A program made the position numbers and the translations under genes. Shown one piece after another: positions 55,670-64,000 of a stretch of DNA of 64,000 nt (position 1 is the first letter of the stretch; each line of letters opens with the position of its first letter). The notes under the pieces were generated by a model, which saw only the letters and a program-made list of their open reading frames with translations, did no database searches and had not been told where the DNA came from. The DNA comes from a virus (Duplodnaviria; Caudoviricetes): positions 15,508 to 79,507 of IMG/VR virus record IMGVR_UViG_3300028832_000123; one strand, 5' to 3'.

Positions 55670-55924
55670 TCAGGTCACTCCTATCTTATTCATTCCGTCA
55701 AAGATCATTGCAGGTACGCTCACTTTCGGCGCATTCTCAATCTCCAGAAGCGCTTCCTTCAGCTGCTCCCCGTCACGCAGCGCATCTTCACGGGTGCCAA
55801 AGCAGTAATCTACTTCGACTTCACAGCCCGTCTCGTCCTCTACCGCTACGTACCACATCCGCTGTACCTTAACCTTCAGCCCCTTCTTCCTCGGTTTCTT
55901 CGCCTGATACGACACCCGCTCCAC
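55670..55924 (-). CDS. hypothetical phage protein
   Basis: RBS GGAGG. Confidence 0.55.
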   Translation of the reverse strand: MERVSYQAKKPRKKGLKVKVQRMWYVAVEDETGCEVEVDYCFGTREDALRDGEQLKEALLEIENAPKVSVPAMIFDGMNKIGVT

Positions 55925-56102
55925 CTCCTATCCGCTCCGCAAGGATCTGCTCCGTCAGGTCCGCTTCCGCCCTGCTCACAGCGTCACGGCAAATCCGTAC
56001 TATGCACAGCGCTTCTTCGTCACTTAACACGTCAAGTCTCACCGCTGTACTTACGGCGTCATTGAGAATTTCTCTAAACTCTTCGCTCACGACCACGCCA
56101 CC

Positions 56103-56375
56103 TCAAATATCATCATCGAGGTCCGGGCGCTCTGTTTCGAGCTTCCACATCGCTTCGCCGGTCTCCCTGTCAACAATGACAATATCGTAGTCCAGGGCTG
56201 TGAGAATCCTTCCGAATACACCAAGGCTCATCCTGTCACGCCGCATGTTTCCGGACAGCGTGTTCTGCTTCACGCCAAGAGTGTCCGCCAGTTTTTCCTG
56301 CGTCACGTTCCTGGACCGCTGTGCCTTCCGCAGAATAAGCTTGTCAGTCAGTTCTGAAATGTGCTTTGTATCCAT
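56103..56375 (-). CDS. XRE HTH regulator
   Basis: VTQEKLADTLGVKQNTLSGN; divergent from the early cluster. Confidence 0.8.
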   Translation of the reverse strand: MDTKHISELTDKLILRKAQRSRNVTQEKLADTLGVKQNTLSGNMRRDRMSLGVFGRILTALDYDIVIVDRETGEAMWKLETERPDLDDDI

Positions 56376-56404
56376 GTCGATACCTCCTTTTTTTGTTTCC
56401 AGAC

Positions 56405-56627
56405 GTATAATATCACGATATCGTGATAATGTAAAGCCTTTTTTGTTTTTTTGTTATTTTGAAGTCGGGCAACAAGGGGGCCTTTTTTATTTTTTGCGGT
56501 ACGGAGAGGGGTTACGGGACATGGGTGCCTGCTCTCCGTATATCCCCGACGGGGATGCCATACCACATTTGACATCCTGCACCCGTCAACAAAAAACTTT
56601 ACATTATCGCCATATCGTGATATACTC
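56405..56627. promoter_or_regulatory. divergent sigma-A promoters with a shared palindromic operator
   Basis: TTTACA-17-TATACT (+, 56599-56627) and TTTACA-17-TATTAT (-, about 56408-56436), both with (A)TATCACGATAT/ATATCGTGATA half-sites. Confidence 0.7.
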
Positions 56628-56887
56628 ATATCGTCGAAAGGGGGACGGGAACGTCGGGACGACGTGCTCGGTCTCTTGAGTAGGCCGCCTGGTTGGATGG
56701 CGTAAAACTGCCTTCAGTGTACCTTGAAAACCGCATAGTCGAAAGGCTCGCCGGATATGGCTTTACACGTCAGCGGTGACGAACTGAGGGCGGAACTGAA
56801 ATACCGGAAAGTCAAGTACACGTTACATTGTACACACAGCGGTGTGTACAAACCGCAAGCCCTACAAAAATAAAGGAGGATCACACA

Positions 56888-57157
56888 ATGAAAAATCTGT
56901 TGGCAACTCTCACACAGTACAAAGCCTTAAAGGCACAACTTGACAGCCTTGAAGCACAGCTGAAGGAAAAGCGGACAGAGATTGAAGAGTACATGAAAGA
57001 AAAGTGTACTGACAAGCTCACGTGCGGTCAGTACATCGCAACTATTACAGAATGTACAAAACGGTCTCTTGATGAAAAATTCATCAAAGAAAATTATCCG
57101 GACATCGCAAAGGAAGCGGAAAAGGTCACCACTTACAACCGCTTCACAGTGAAATAA
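56888..57157 (+). CDS. small coiled-coil phage protein
   Basis: AAGGAGG RBS; C-terminal RFTVK motif. Confidence 0.75.
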   Translation: MKNLLATLTQYKALKAQLDSLEAQLKEKRTEIEEYMKEKCTDKLTCGQYIATITECTKRSLDEKFIKENYPDIAKEAEKVTTYNRFTVK

Positions 57158-57226
57158 AATCCAGACTCAAATGGCTTGCGGTTTGTGCATACTGCACAGA
57201 ATAAAAAAAATGGAGGATATGAAACA

Positions 57227-57928
57227 ATGAACAGCAAGATTGAAAAGCTCGCCATGGCCCTGGAAACCGCAAAAGAAGAGGTTTACAAGGCACAGCAAGA
57301 AGGAAAAGACCTTTCTAAAATGGTCTCCATCTCATCCGGAAATACCAAAATGGGAAAAGTCACGAGCGTCTCCCTTCTCCCGTTGCTGACATGCCATGGA
57401 CGTTGCGACGGAACATGCGAAGACAAGTGTTACGCCGTAAAGCTTGCGATCCTGCGCCCGTCCGTTATGAAGGCGTACGCACGGAACACAGCCGTCTTCC
57501 TTATCTCTCCCGTTGACTATTTCAAAGCGGTAGAGAGAGCCATGGCAACGTCAAGATATTTCCGGTTCCATGTATCCGGCGACATTCCGAACCAGAACAA
57601 AAGCGGATACCTTGAAATGATCGCCTACCTTTGCAACAAGTACACAACTTGTAACGTGCTGATGTTCACCAAGCAATATGAAACGGTGAACAAGTTCATA
57701 CATGACAATGGATCCATTCCGAAAAACCTTCACATCCTGTTCAGCGGATGGACAAACCTCAAACCTGAAAACCCGTACAACCTGCCGGAGACAACGGTAT
57801 ACGTAAAGGATGAAGACTTCCGTCCGGAGTGGACAGCATGCGGTGGCAATTGCCTTGACTGCGCCCTCCACTGTGGCGGTTGTTGGGATGCAAAGTCCGG
57901 CGACACTATTGCCTTCAAAATGCACTAA
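57227..57928 (+). CDS. Gp88-like Cys-rich protein
   Basis: GNTKMG...SL.P..TC...C...C...CYA; YFRFHVSGD; C.GNC..C...C..CW. Confidence 0.75.
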   Translation: MNSKIEKLAMALETAKEEVYKAQQEGKDLSKMVSISSGNTKMGKVTSVSLLPLLTCHGRCDGTCEDKCYAVKLAILRPSVMKAYARNTAVFLISPVDYFKAVERAMATSRYFRFHVSGDIPNQNKSGYLEMIAYLCNKYTTCNVLMFTKQYETVNKFIHDNGSIPKNLHILFSGWTNLKPENPYNLPETTVYVKDEDFRPEWTACGGNCLDCALHCGGCWDAKSGDTIAFKMH

Positions 57929-57981
57929 CAAACAATGGGCAGGGTGAAGGCCCTGCCCCGTTCTGAAAGGAGACAGGAGCC

Positions 57982-58134
57982 ATGTTCCCGACATACATCG
58001 ACGGATATGAAGACTATACGAGCGAGTCCGAACGTATCCGGCTGGAAAGAAACAACTACAAGCGATACGGGCTTTCAATCTTTGAAAGCTTTGAAGAGTA
58101 CATGCAGGACAGAGAAGAAGATGAGGAACGTTGA
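57982..58134 (+). CDS. small acidic protein
   Basis: AGGAG RBS; not in the supplied track (50 aa). Confidence 0.55.
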   Translation: MFPTYIDGYEDYTSESERIRLERNNYKRYGLSIFESFEEYMQDREEDEER

Positions 58135-58200
58135 CGGACGGGAGCCGGACCCTGGCTCCCGTGGTCAGCGCTCAAGCTGAAGAAAGGAAGGAACGAAACA

Positions 58201-58419
58201 ATGAAACACCTCGACAACTGCACAACATACCGCACCGGTATATCCAAACCACACACAATTGACATCGAAGGTCGGTTAACAAGCATTATCGACCGCTCCG
58301 CCCTCCCCTACTACACCCACATGAAGAAGTACGCCACCGCCACTGACACCACCGGAAATAACTATACGGTCTATGCAAAAGACTTCCCGGAAAAGGTCGT
58401 CGCCGTTCCGGAGAACTGA
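58201..58419 (+). CDS. small early protein
   Basis: RBS inside the repeat element. Confidence 0.65.
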   Translation: MKHLDNCTTYRTGISKPHTIDIEGRLTSIIDRSALPYYTHMKKYATATDTTGNNYTVYAKDFPEKVVAVPEN

Positions 58420-58431
58420 AGAAAGCGAGGA

Positions 58432-58731
58432 ATGAACATGAGAAAGATCAAACATTGGCAGGGATACGGAACCGTGAAGGCGGGAGTCGTAAAAGACGGC
58501 TCCTGCACCCTGCACATAAGGGTAGAAGGTAACCACGAATATGGTATCAACTGCGGAGAGTGGGACGAATGGAGACTCTTTGAGTGGCTCGTCAAGCGGT
58601 TCGACAAAACCATAACAGACTATGCGGAGTGGCACAGGCGAGCCGATCATGTTCGGATTGAAGAAGGACACACAACGGATCCGGTCACACACTGCTGGGT
58701 TGACACCTGCGACTACTACTTCTACTACTGA
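58432..58731 (+). CDS. small early protein
   Basis: RKIKHWQGYG.V. Confidence 0.7.
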   Translation: MNMRKIKHWQGYGTVKAGVVKDGSCTLHIRVEGNHEYGINCGEWDEWRLFEWLVKRFDKTITDYAEWHRRADHVRIEEGHTTDPVTHCWVDTCDYYFYY

Positions 58732-58807
58732 CATAGACAGACGGGAACCCGTGATCCTGGGTTCTCGTAGCCTGTGCCAGAGCACGGGAGAAAGAAGGGA
58801 AGAAAAA

Positions 58808-59032
58808 ATGAAACTGAGACTCGGAGACACACGTTACATATGCGTAAAGTGCGCATACAGAGACGGAAAGTATGCAGGGCAATTGACACTGACAGGTCAC
58901 GCCTGGGGCTACAAAGTACAGCTACATTGGAACGGCGAAGCAGGTTACCCCGTGAATGAAACGTTCCAAGACGAATACAAAGCAAAAGCTTTCTTTGACA
59001 AGACATACGAGGAGGTAAAGAAACCATGCTGA
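58808..59032 (+). CDS. small early protein
   Basis: ATG follows the repeat element. Confidence 0.55.
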   Translation: MKLRLGDTRYICVKCAYRDGKYAGQLTLTGHAWGYKVQLHWNGEAGYPVNETFQDEYKAKAFFDKTYEEVKKPC

Positions 59033-59289
59033 TCACATCCAGACGTCTCCGCACCATACTGTCCGATTGCCGAACAGAAGCCGACCTGCAAGCAACCCTC
59101 CGCCATCATCGAATCAAGTTCAAGTACGACACCTCGCCTGGTCACCTGTCCGTGCTCGTTCCTACCACAACCGGCGCAGTGAGGGTAACCAAGACAGCAT
59201 CAAAGGAACAGCCGTTCGCCATGTCACACGCAGCGCCACAGCCGTACGAGAGACCGAAACATCTGAAATACCACTACGAAAACGCTTGA
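59026..59289 (+). CDS. small early protein
   Basis: GGAGG RBS. Confidence 0.6.
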   Translation: MLITSRRLRTILSDCRTEADLQATLRHHRIKFKYDTSPGHLSVLVPTTTGAVRVTKTASKEQPFAMSHAAPQPYERPKHLKYHYENA

Positions 59290-59323
59290 TATCTACTCTT
59301 TTCTGTAGTAATATATTACTACA
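59286..59323 (+). promoter_or_regulatory. promoter with TGTAGT-N8-ACTACA palindrome
   Basis: TTGATA-17-TAATAT. Confidence 0.6.
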
Positions 59324-59361
59324 AAGAGCAGTACCCAAACAACCGAAAGGAGAGAAGAACA

Positions 59362-59679
59362 ATGACAATCGAGAGAAACAACGGACAGTACGTCATCAAC
59401 CGTGATGACGGAACAAAGGTCAGCATCACCTGCAATGAAGCGAGCTTGCTGATCAACTACTGCGGGAAGGAAGGACTCCGTCAGCAGATCAATGACCGAC
59501 TCGATGACGCCATCAAAAACGGAGATTGCGACCTGTCGAGGTACGAGTACGGCGACCGTGAGGACTTCGTGCAGGAAGTGTTCGAGAAGTTCGAGGACGA
59601 GATCGACTACGGCAACAGCGTAGACGATGAGAACATCGATACCGAGATCTACGATCTCATCGACTACTACAACCTGTGA
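59362..59679 (+). CDS. small acidic early protein
   Basis: AAGGAG RBS; very acidic. Confidence 0.7.
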   Translation: MTIERNNGQYVINRDDGTKVSITCNEASLLINYCGKEGLRQQINDRLDDAIKNGDCDLSRYEYGDREDFVQEVFEKFEDEIDYGNSVDDENIDTEIYDLIDYYNL

Positions 59680-59757
59680 CACCGACAGACGGGCGGTGAA
59701 ACGCTCACCGCTCGTAGTCAGTGCCAAGGCACTGAAGAAAGAAAGGAGAATGAAACC

Positions 59758-60261
59758 ATGATTATCAAGAATGACAAAGACCTCGCTAATCACATTGAGC
59801 TTCCCGTAGAACGTCTCGAACACTGCTCCCTTGAGTACGTTGACTACGCAACCACGCTTGAATCAGACGGATATACCGTCATCATGCGGATGTGCGACGA
59901 AGACCTTCCGTCCCATAGCATTATCATCACCTACCCTTTCACCGATGACGAGTTTGAGGAAAAGCTATCCAGTCTTCAGTGCATCGCCGATTACCTCGCC
60001 CACGAAGCAAAAGGGAAACACGGCACATGGAACGGCATCATCGACAACCTTGACAAGCCCGTCCTCCTCGAAGACGAGATCGCCGAGATACTCGACGAGC
60101 GAGCCGGACAAGAGATCTGCATTATGAAGAGTCCGACCATCGCAAACAGCTACCACTACAGCGACTATCAGACAGATAAAGGCATTGTGTTCCTCATCTA
60201 CGATGCACTCCGGAGACACTACTTCGTGACCGTAGGTGGCAAGAACATCATCGACATGTGA
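59758..60261 (+). CDS. acidic early protein
   Basis: AAGGAG RBS. Confidence 0.7.
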   Translation: MIIKNDKDLANHIELPVERLEHCSLEYVDYATTLESDGYTVIMRMCDEDLPSHSIIITYPFTDDEFEEKLSSLQCIADYLAHEAKGKHGTWNGIIDNLDKPVLLEDEIAEILDERAGQEICIMKSPTIANSYHYSDYQTDKGIVFLIYDALRRHYFVTVGGKNIIDM

Positions 60262-60274
60262 GGAGGAAAGAACG

Positions 60275-60523
60275 ATGGATTACAATCAGAAAGCGCTCCG
60301 CTATGCGGAAGAACACGGCGTGTACGAGTACAAAGTAAACGGAAAGTACATGGAATATTGGAGCCTGTACGATGAAGGCTTCTACTTCTGGCGTGTTAAC
60401 CTCGACACAAACGGAAAGTCTCTTGTCTGCCATCTTGAATGGCACAAGGATGACGGTTTCCCAATCCCTGCATTTCTCCTCACAGAGACTTGTGCAACCA
60501 AGTACAACTACTTTTGCGGATGA
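60275..60523 (+). CDS. small early protein
   Basis: GAGGAGG RBS. Confidence 0.65.
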   Translation: MDYNQKALRYAEEHGVYEYKVNGKYMEYWSLYDEGFYFWRVNLDTNGKSLVCHLEWHKDDGFPIPAFLLTETCATKYNYFCG

Positions 60524-60537
60524 AAGGAGAATGAACT

Positions 60538-60747
60538 ATGTACATTGTAGAAGCGGATGTATTATTCAACTTCAACGCAACCGGCAGGGCTGAAAAAGAA
60601 TACAAGCGTAAAGCCTGTGCCATTAAGGAAGCAAGAAAGATAAAGGACGCTGGTTTCCTTACACTTAACTGCACAAATACAAAGGTAGCAGTCACAGCCG
60701 TTCAAATTACAGACACGGCAAATCCAGACACAGTGATCGAATTCTGA
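60538..60747 (+). CDS. small early protein
   Basis: AAGGAG RBS. Confidence 0.6.
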   Translation: MYIVEADVLFNFNATGRAEKEYKRKACAIKEARKIKDAGFLTLNCTNTKVAVTAVQITDTANPDTVIEF

Positions 60748-60754
60748 AAGGAGA

Positions 60755-61093
60755 ATGAACATGGGTATGATTCTGAAAAGCGTTGTCAATGACAAGTACA
60801 CATTCGAGAACGAGTACGGCAAAATCTTCGAGTTTACATGGGAGGAGGTGCGGTCGATTGCGGCCGCACTCATGATCGAATACCTCAAGCAAGATGTCAG
60901 CGACACAGTTGACGAACTTGTAGTAGACAACGAGATCGATCCGAACAAGCTGTCTGGGATGACGCTCGATCAGTTCAAAGCTGACGTCGTTGACCTGCTC
61001 TCATACGAAACGATCAATGACCTTGCGGAGCCGAACATGGACTGCATCTACGATATGTGCCGAGACAGAGCAAGAGACCTTGGTATAATGTAA
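60755..61093 (+). CDS. acidic early protein
   Basis: AAGGAG RBS. Confidence 0.7.
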   Translation: MNMGMILKSVVNDKYTFENEYGKIFEFTWEEVRSIAAALMIEYLKQDVSDTVDELVVDNEIDPNKLSGMTLDQFKADVVDLLSYETINDLAEPNMDCIYDMCRDRARDLGIM

Positions 61094-61105
61094 GGAGGAA
61101 GCAAC

Positions 61106-61411
61106 ATGAAAAAATCCAATCTCGCCATTGGCCCTGACGAAATCCTGGGCATGCAGTTCGACAGCGGATACAAACGGTACTTTGTATTTGGTCGTGATCC
61201 TCAAAAAATGTTCGCCGAAGTAGTCAAAATGTTCAACAGCTACGCCGGAACAAAATACAACTCAAGGACATTCAAAGAGTACTGCAAAGAAAACGAGTGC
61301 TACTACTTCCTGTACCGATTCTACATCAATAACCTTATCAGCTTTGACGATGATTGCTACTCACTCGGTGAACGTAACGGAACCAAGGTTGAATACCACA
61401 GATTCGCATGA
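61106..61411 (+). CDS. small early protein
   Basis: AAGGAGG RBS. Confidence 0.7.
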   Translation: MKKSNLAIGPDEILGMQFDSGYKRYFVFGRDPQKMFAEVVKMFNSYAGTKYNSRTFKEYCKENECYYFLYRFYINNLISFDDDCYSLGERNGTKVEYHRFA

Positions 61412-61423
61412 GGAGGAATAACC

Positions 61424-61687
61424 ATGGCAAGCAACCTCAACACCATTGACGAAGTCAATAAATTCTACGATCAGTGCATTTCATTCTGGATTCGGCAGGG
61501 CGACCCTGAAGAGGTCGCCTGTGCCAAGGCTTTCTGGTGGGACATTGTCGAAATATCCAACAGCTTTGACACCTGGTCACCTGCAAAAGAACAGTTCGCA
61601 TTGATTGTTGACTATCATCCGGGAGACCCAGAACCTTCTGAAGAAGACGTAAAAACAGGTCGATGCAATTATCCTGCTTGGCCTTGA
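61424..61687 (+). CDS. small early protein
   Basis: GAGGAGG RBS. Confidence 0.7.
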   Translation: MASNLNTIDEVNKFYDQCISFWIRQGDPEEVACAKAFWWDIVEISNSFDTWSPAKEQFALIVDYHPGDPEPSEEDVKTGRCNYPAWP

Positions 61688-61721
61688 CAACCACTTATTT
61701 AAGTAGTAATATGTTACTACA
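61684..61721 (+). promoter_or_regulatory. promoter with GTAGT-N8-ACTAC palindrome
   Basis: TTGACA-17-TAATAT; near-copy of 59286-59323. Confidence 0.65.
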
Positions 61722-61763
61722 ATGAGCAGTAGCTGAACTGCTGAAAAGAAAGGGGAATACACC

Positions 61764-62093
61764 ATGAAAATGAAGACAATCCGCACATCCAAGCTCAAGT
61801 ACGCCAAGCGTGTACGCATCATGACCGCCGAGTATGCTGACGGATCCCTGTATGTTGGGATCCTCACCATGAGCGGAGAAGACTACTGTGACATCACGAC
61901 CAACCTTTCGTCAAAGAATCTCAGCACTGGCGACCATGCCTACGTGCAATGCGATTCCGAAGCTGAAGCATTCATCCTCGAACAGATGATTGCACTGCCC
62001 ACAATGGCAGTCCGTCAGTCCGGCTTCAACACCTACCGTCTGTACGACTTCACTCCCCTGCTGAACGATCCAGCCATGAAAGAGGTGGACTGA
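61764..62093 (+). CDS. DUF4313-like small protein
   Basis: Y.DGSL.VG......E.Y.DIT.NL...F......G..RQSGF.TY.LY.F. Confidence 0.65.
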   Translation: MKMKTIRTSKLKYAKRVRIMTAEYADGSLYVGILTMSGEDYCDITTNLSSKNLSTGDHAYVQCDSEAEAFILEQMIALPTMAVRQSGFNTYRLYDFTPLLNDPAMKEVD

Positions 62094-62094
62094 C

Positions 62095-62847
62095 ATGCTC
62101 CACCCTTTACCTTATCAATACATCACGCCGGAAGCGGAAGTGTACACCAAGTTCCTCCGCCTTGCCGAGCGTCCGCACCTGCTGATTGCCGGAGCCACTG
62201 GTTCCGGCAAGTCAGTGGCGCTGAACGGTATCATTCACTCGCTCCTCGTGCGATACTCCCCTTTTGATTGCCAGTTCATACTGATCGATCCGAAAAAAGT
62301 GGAGCTTCAGCAATACAGAGACCTGCCACATACTTTCCGGTATGCTGACAATCATCCGGACATTGTCCGTGCTCTTCAGTTCGCACTGGACGAGACCGAC
62401 CGTCGCTTTGAAACCATGCAGAAAGACAGTATTAAGGAATACTACGGACCGCACATGTACGTTATCATTGACGAGCTTGCGGATCTCATGGTGTCGATCA
62501 AGAACGAAACACTCCCGTTGCTTCAGCGTCTCGCACAGATCGGACGGGCTGCACGGGTACACATCATTGCCTGCTCGCAGAACGTCATGGCCCAGACGAT
62601 ACCGACCGTACTGAAGTGCAATTTCAGCACAATCCTGGGGCTTCGTACCTGCAACAAACAGCAGTCAAGGTTCCTGATCAGCGCCGGCGGATGCGAGATG
62701 CTTCCGGATCCAAAGCGTGAAGGCAAAGGCTACGGGTACCTGCGGGACGGTGCAGACCTTGAGAAAATCCTCATCTACAAATATCCGGATGAAGAAATCG
62801 AACGCATTATCAGCTGGTGGAAATCCTCCGCATGCCGTGTAGGATGA
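62095..62847 (+). CDS. standalone FtsK/SpoIIIE ATPase domain protein
   Basis: PHLLIAGATGSGKS, LIDPKKVEL, IIDELADL, GRAARVH, E.LP...GKG. Confidence 0.9.
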   Translation: MLHPLPYQYITPEAEVYTKFLRLAERPHLLIAGATGSGKSVALNGIIHSLLVRYSPFDCQFILIDPKKVELQQYRDLPHTFRYADNHPDIVRALQFALDETDRRFETMQKDSIKEYYGPHMYVIIDELADLMVSIKNETLPLLQRLAQIGRAARVHIIACSQNVMAQTIPTVLKCNFSTILGLRTCNKQQSRFLISAGGCEMLPDPKREGKGYGYLRDGADLEKILIYKYPDEEIERIISWWKSSACRVG

Positions 62848-62860
62848 AAGGAGAACAACC

Positions 62861-63025
62861 ATGAAAGAACAGATCGTACTGACATTCCTTGACGTACCGA
62901 ACGGAAAGGAACAACTCATTAAGGTTCCGCAGGACATTGCCGGACCCGTACAGATGGCTCAGTTTATCTCTGCCGGACTCGACCACAATCCTACATGGGT
63001 GCTGACCTGCATTACCATAAGGTGA
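62861..63025 (+). CDS. small early protein
   Basis: AAGGAG RBS; 54 aa, translated by hand. Confidence 0.55.
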   Translation: MKEQIVLTFLDVPNGKEQLIKVPQDIAGPVQMAQFISAGLDHNPTWVLTCITIR

Positions 63026-63037
63026 AGGAGGAACAAC

Positions 63038-63229
63038 ATGAAGACCTATTACAAAAACTTCTACGGATCAACCGCTTCCATCGAAGTCAGAAGTAACGGC
63101 ATTGCCAAGCTCATCATAAAAACCTCCGCCGGGCAGACCGTTGTCAACCGTCCGTACGATTCCAAACGTGGCGCAAAAGCTGCAATGAATCGGTTCAGTA
63201 ACTGCTGGCGTAAGCAGAAAGGAAAGTGA
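63038..63229 (+). CDS. small basic early protein
   Basis: AAGGAGG RBS. Confidence 0.65.
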   Translation: MKTYYKNFYGSTASIEVRSNGIAKLIIKTSAGQTVVNRPYDSKRGAKAAMNRFSNCWRKQKGK

Positions 63230-63307
63230 ATTAACTGACCTTGACAGACAGGATCTGCGCTGCGGATCCTGTAGCCAGGGCCAGAACCTGGAGAAAGGAG
63301 CAACGAT

Positions 63308-63559
63308 ATGCTTACATTTCAAGGAATAATGATGCGGACTCAATACATAACAGAGCAGCTCCGGCGCAATGCTATCGACGAAACGCTCGAACAGTTCAAG
63401 ACCGCAGCTCGTGCATACTACACCAACGGATATGACAATGGCGAGACCGTCAAGCTGATAAAGGAACTCGAATCTCTCGGCGCAGACATGGACGTTGTGT
63501 ATGATATCGACTATAATATCCGTGAAGAATGCAAGGAGGTACCATCATGCCCAACATGA
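63308..63559 (+). CDS. small early protein
   Basis: RBS inside the repeat element. Confidence 0.65.
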   Translation: MLTFQGIMMRTQYITEQLRRNAIDETLEQFKTAARAYYTNGYDNGETVKLIKELESLGADMDVVYDIDYNIREECKEVPSCPT

Positions 63560-63765
63560 CCCGTGCCGACTTCGGCGAAAGCGTTCCAACCAACGCCGAT
63601 GACATCATCCAGCACGTAAACAACCTCATCCTGTACCACGAGGAGTGCGTATTCTGGTCCGAGGATCACGCCGGCACCGACAAATGGGAGACCGACCTGA
63701 TCAAGCGCTGCGTATCCGGTGACAGATCCGGAGACTTATCCGCCGTCCCGTCCCCTACCTACTGA
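63547..63765 (+). CDS. small early protein
   Basis: AAGGAGG RBS before ATG 63547. Confidence 0.6.
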   Translation: MPNMTRADFGESVPTNADDIIQHVNNLILYHEECVFWSEDHAGTDKWETDLIKRCVSGDRSGDLSAVPSPTY

Positions 63766-63789
63766 CATCCAGGGTTCCCCTTTCTTTCT

Positions 63790-63826
63790 GCCCTGCTCCG
63801 GTTCGTCCGGAGCGGGGCTTTTTTTG
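63790..63826 (+). terminator. intrinsic terminator ending the early cluster
   Basis: GCCCTGCTCCGG/CCGGAGCGGGGC followed by TTTTTTT. Confidence 0.85.
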
Positions 63827-64000
63827 TGCCAATTTTTATATAAAATACCAGATATGCCATGTTGCTACCACTTGTCAAAGACGCTCGTCTTTGGCAAGCA
63901 TTTTACGTCTTCATTTTTTTGCTATTTTGTAGCACTTTTTTGTGCATTTTTTAGCCATATGCCGTGTCATATTCTACTTGCCAAAATGGGTTGAGTTTTG

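Overview
The whole window is temperate siphovirus-type phage DNA, most likely from a Bacillota (Clostridia-like) host. No host flanks are visible, and an intact attP suggests the free (excised) form. Layout: replication/recombination and small middle genes on the minus strand (1-11.5 kb); a cro/cI switch, tyrosine integrase and attP carrying the 3' half of tRNA-Ser(GCT) (11.2-13.3 kb); a second XRE regulator divergent from a tRNA array with 6 tRNAs and one tRNA-like RNA with a large insertion (13.3-15.9 kb); an uncharacterised post-lysis module with a papain-like protein and a 52-bp repeat (15.9-18.7 kb); lysis, tail and head genes and TerL on the minus strand (18.8-50.2 kb); small genes plus RtcB (50-56 kb); and a divergently transcribed cluster of small genes separated by repeated double-hairpin elements (56.9-63.8 kb). 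Leading candidates for novelty: (1) two GT-A glycosyltransferases inside the structural operon, one directly after a head protein ending in collagen-like Gly-X-Thr triplets, suggesting virion glycosylation; (2) the 217-nt tRNA-shaped ncRNA; (3) the repeated early-region intergenic element; (4) the post-lysis module. All protein calls come from motif recognition by eye; no database searches were run.
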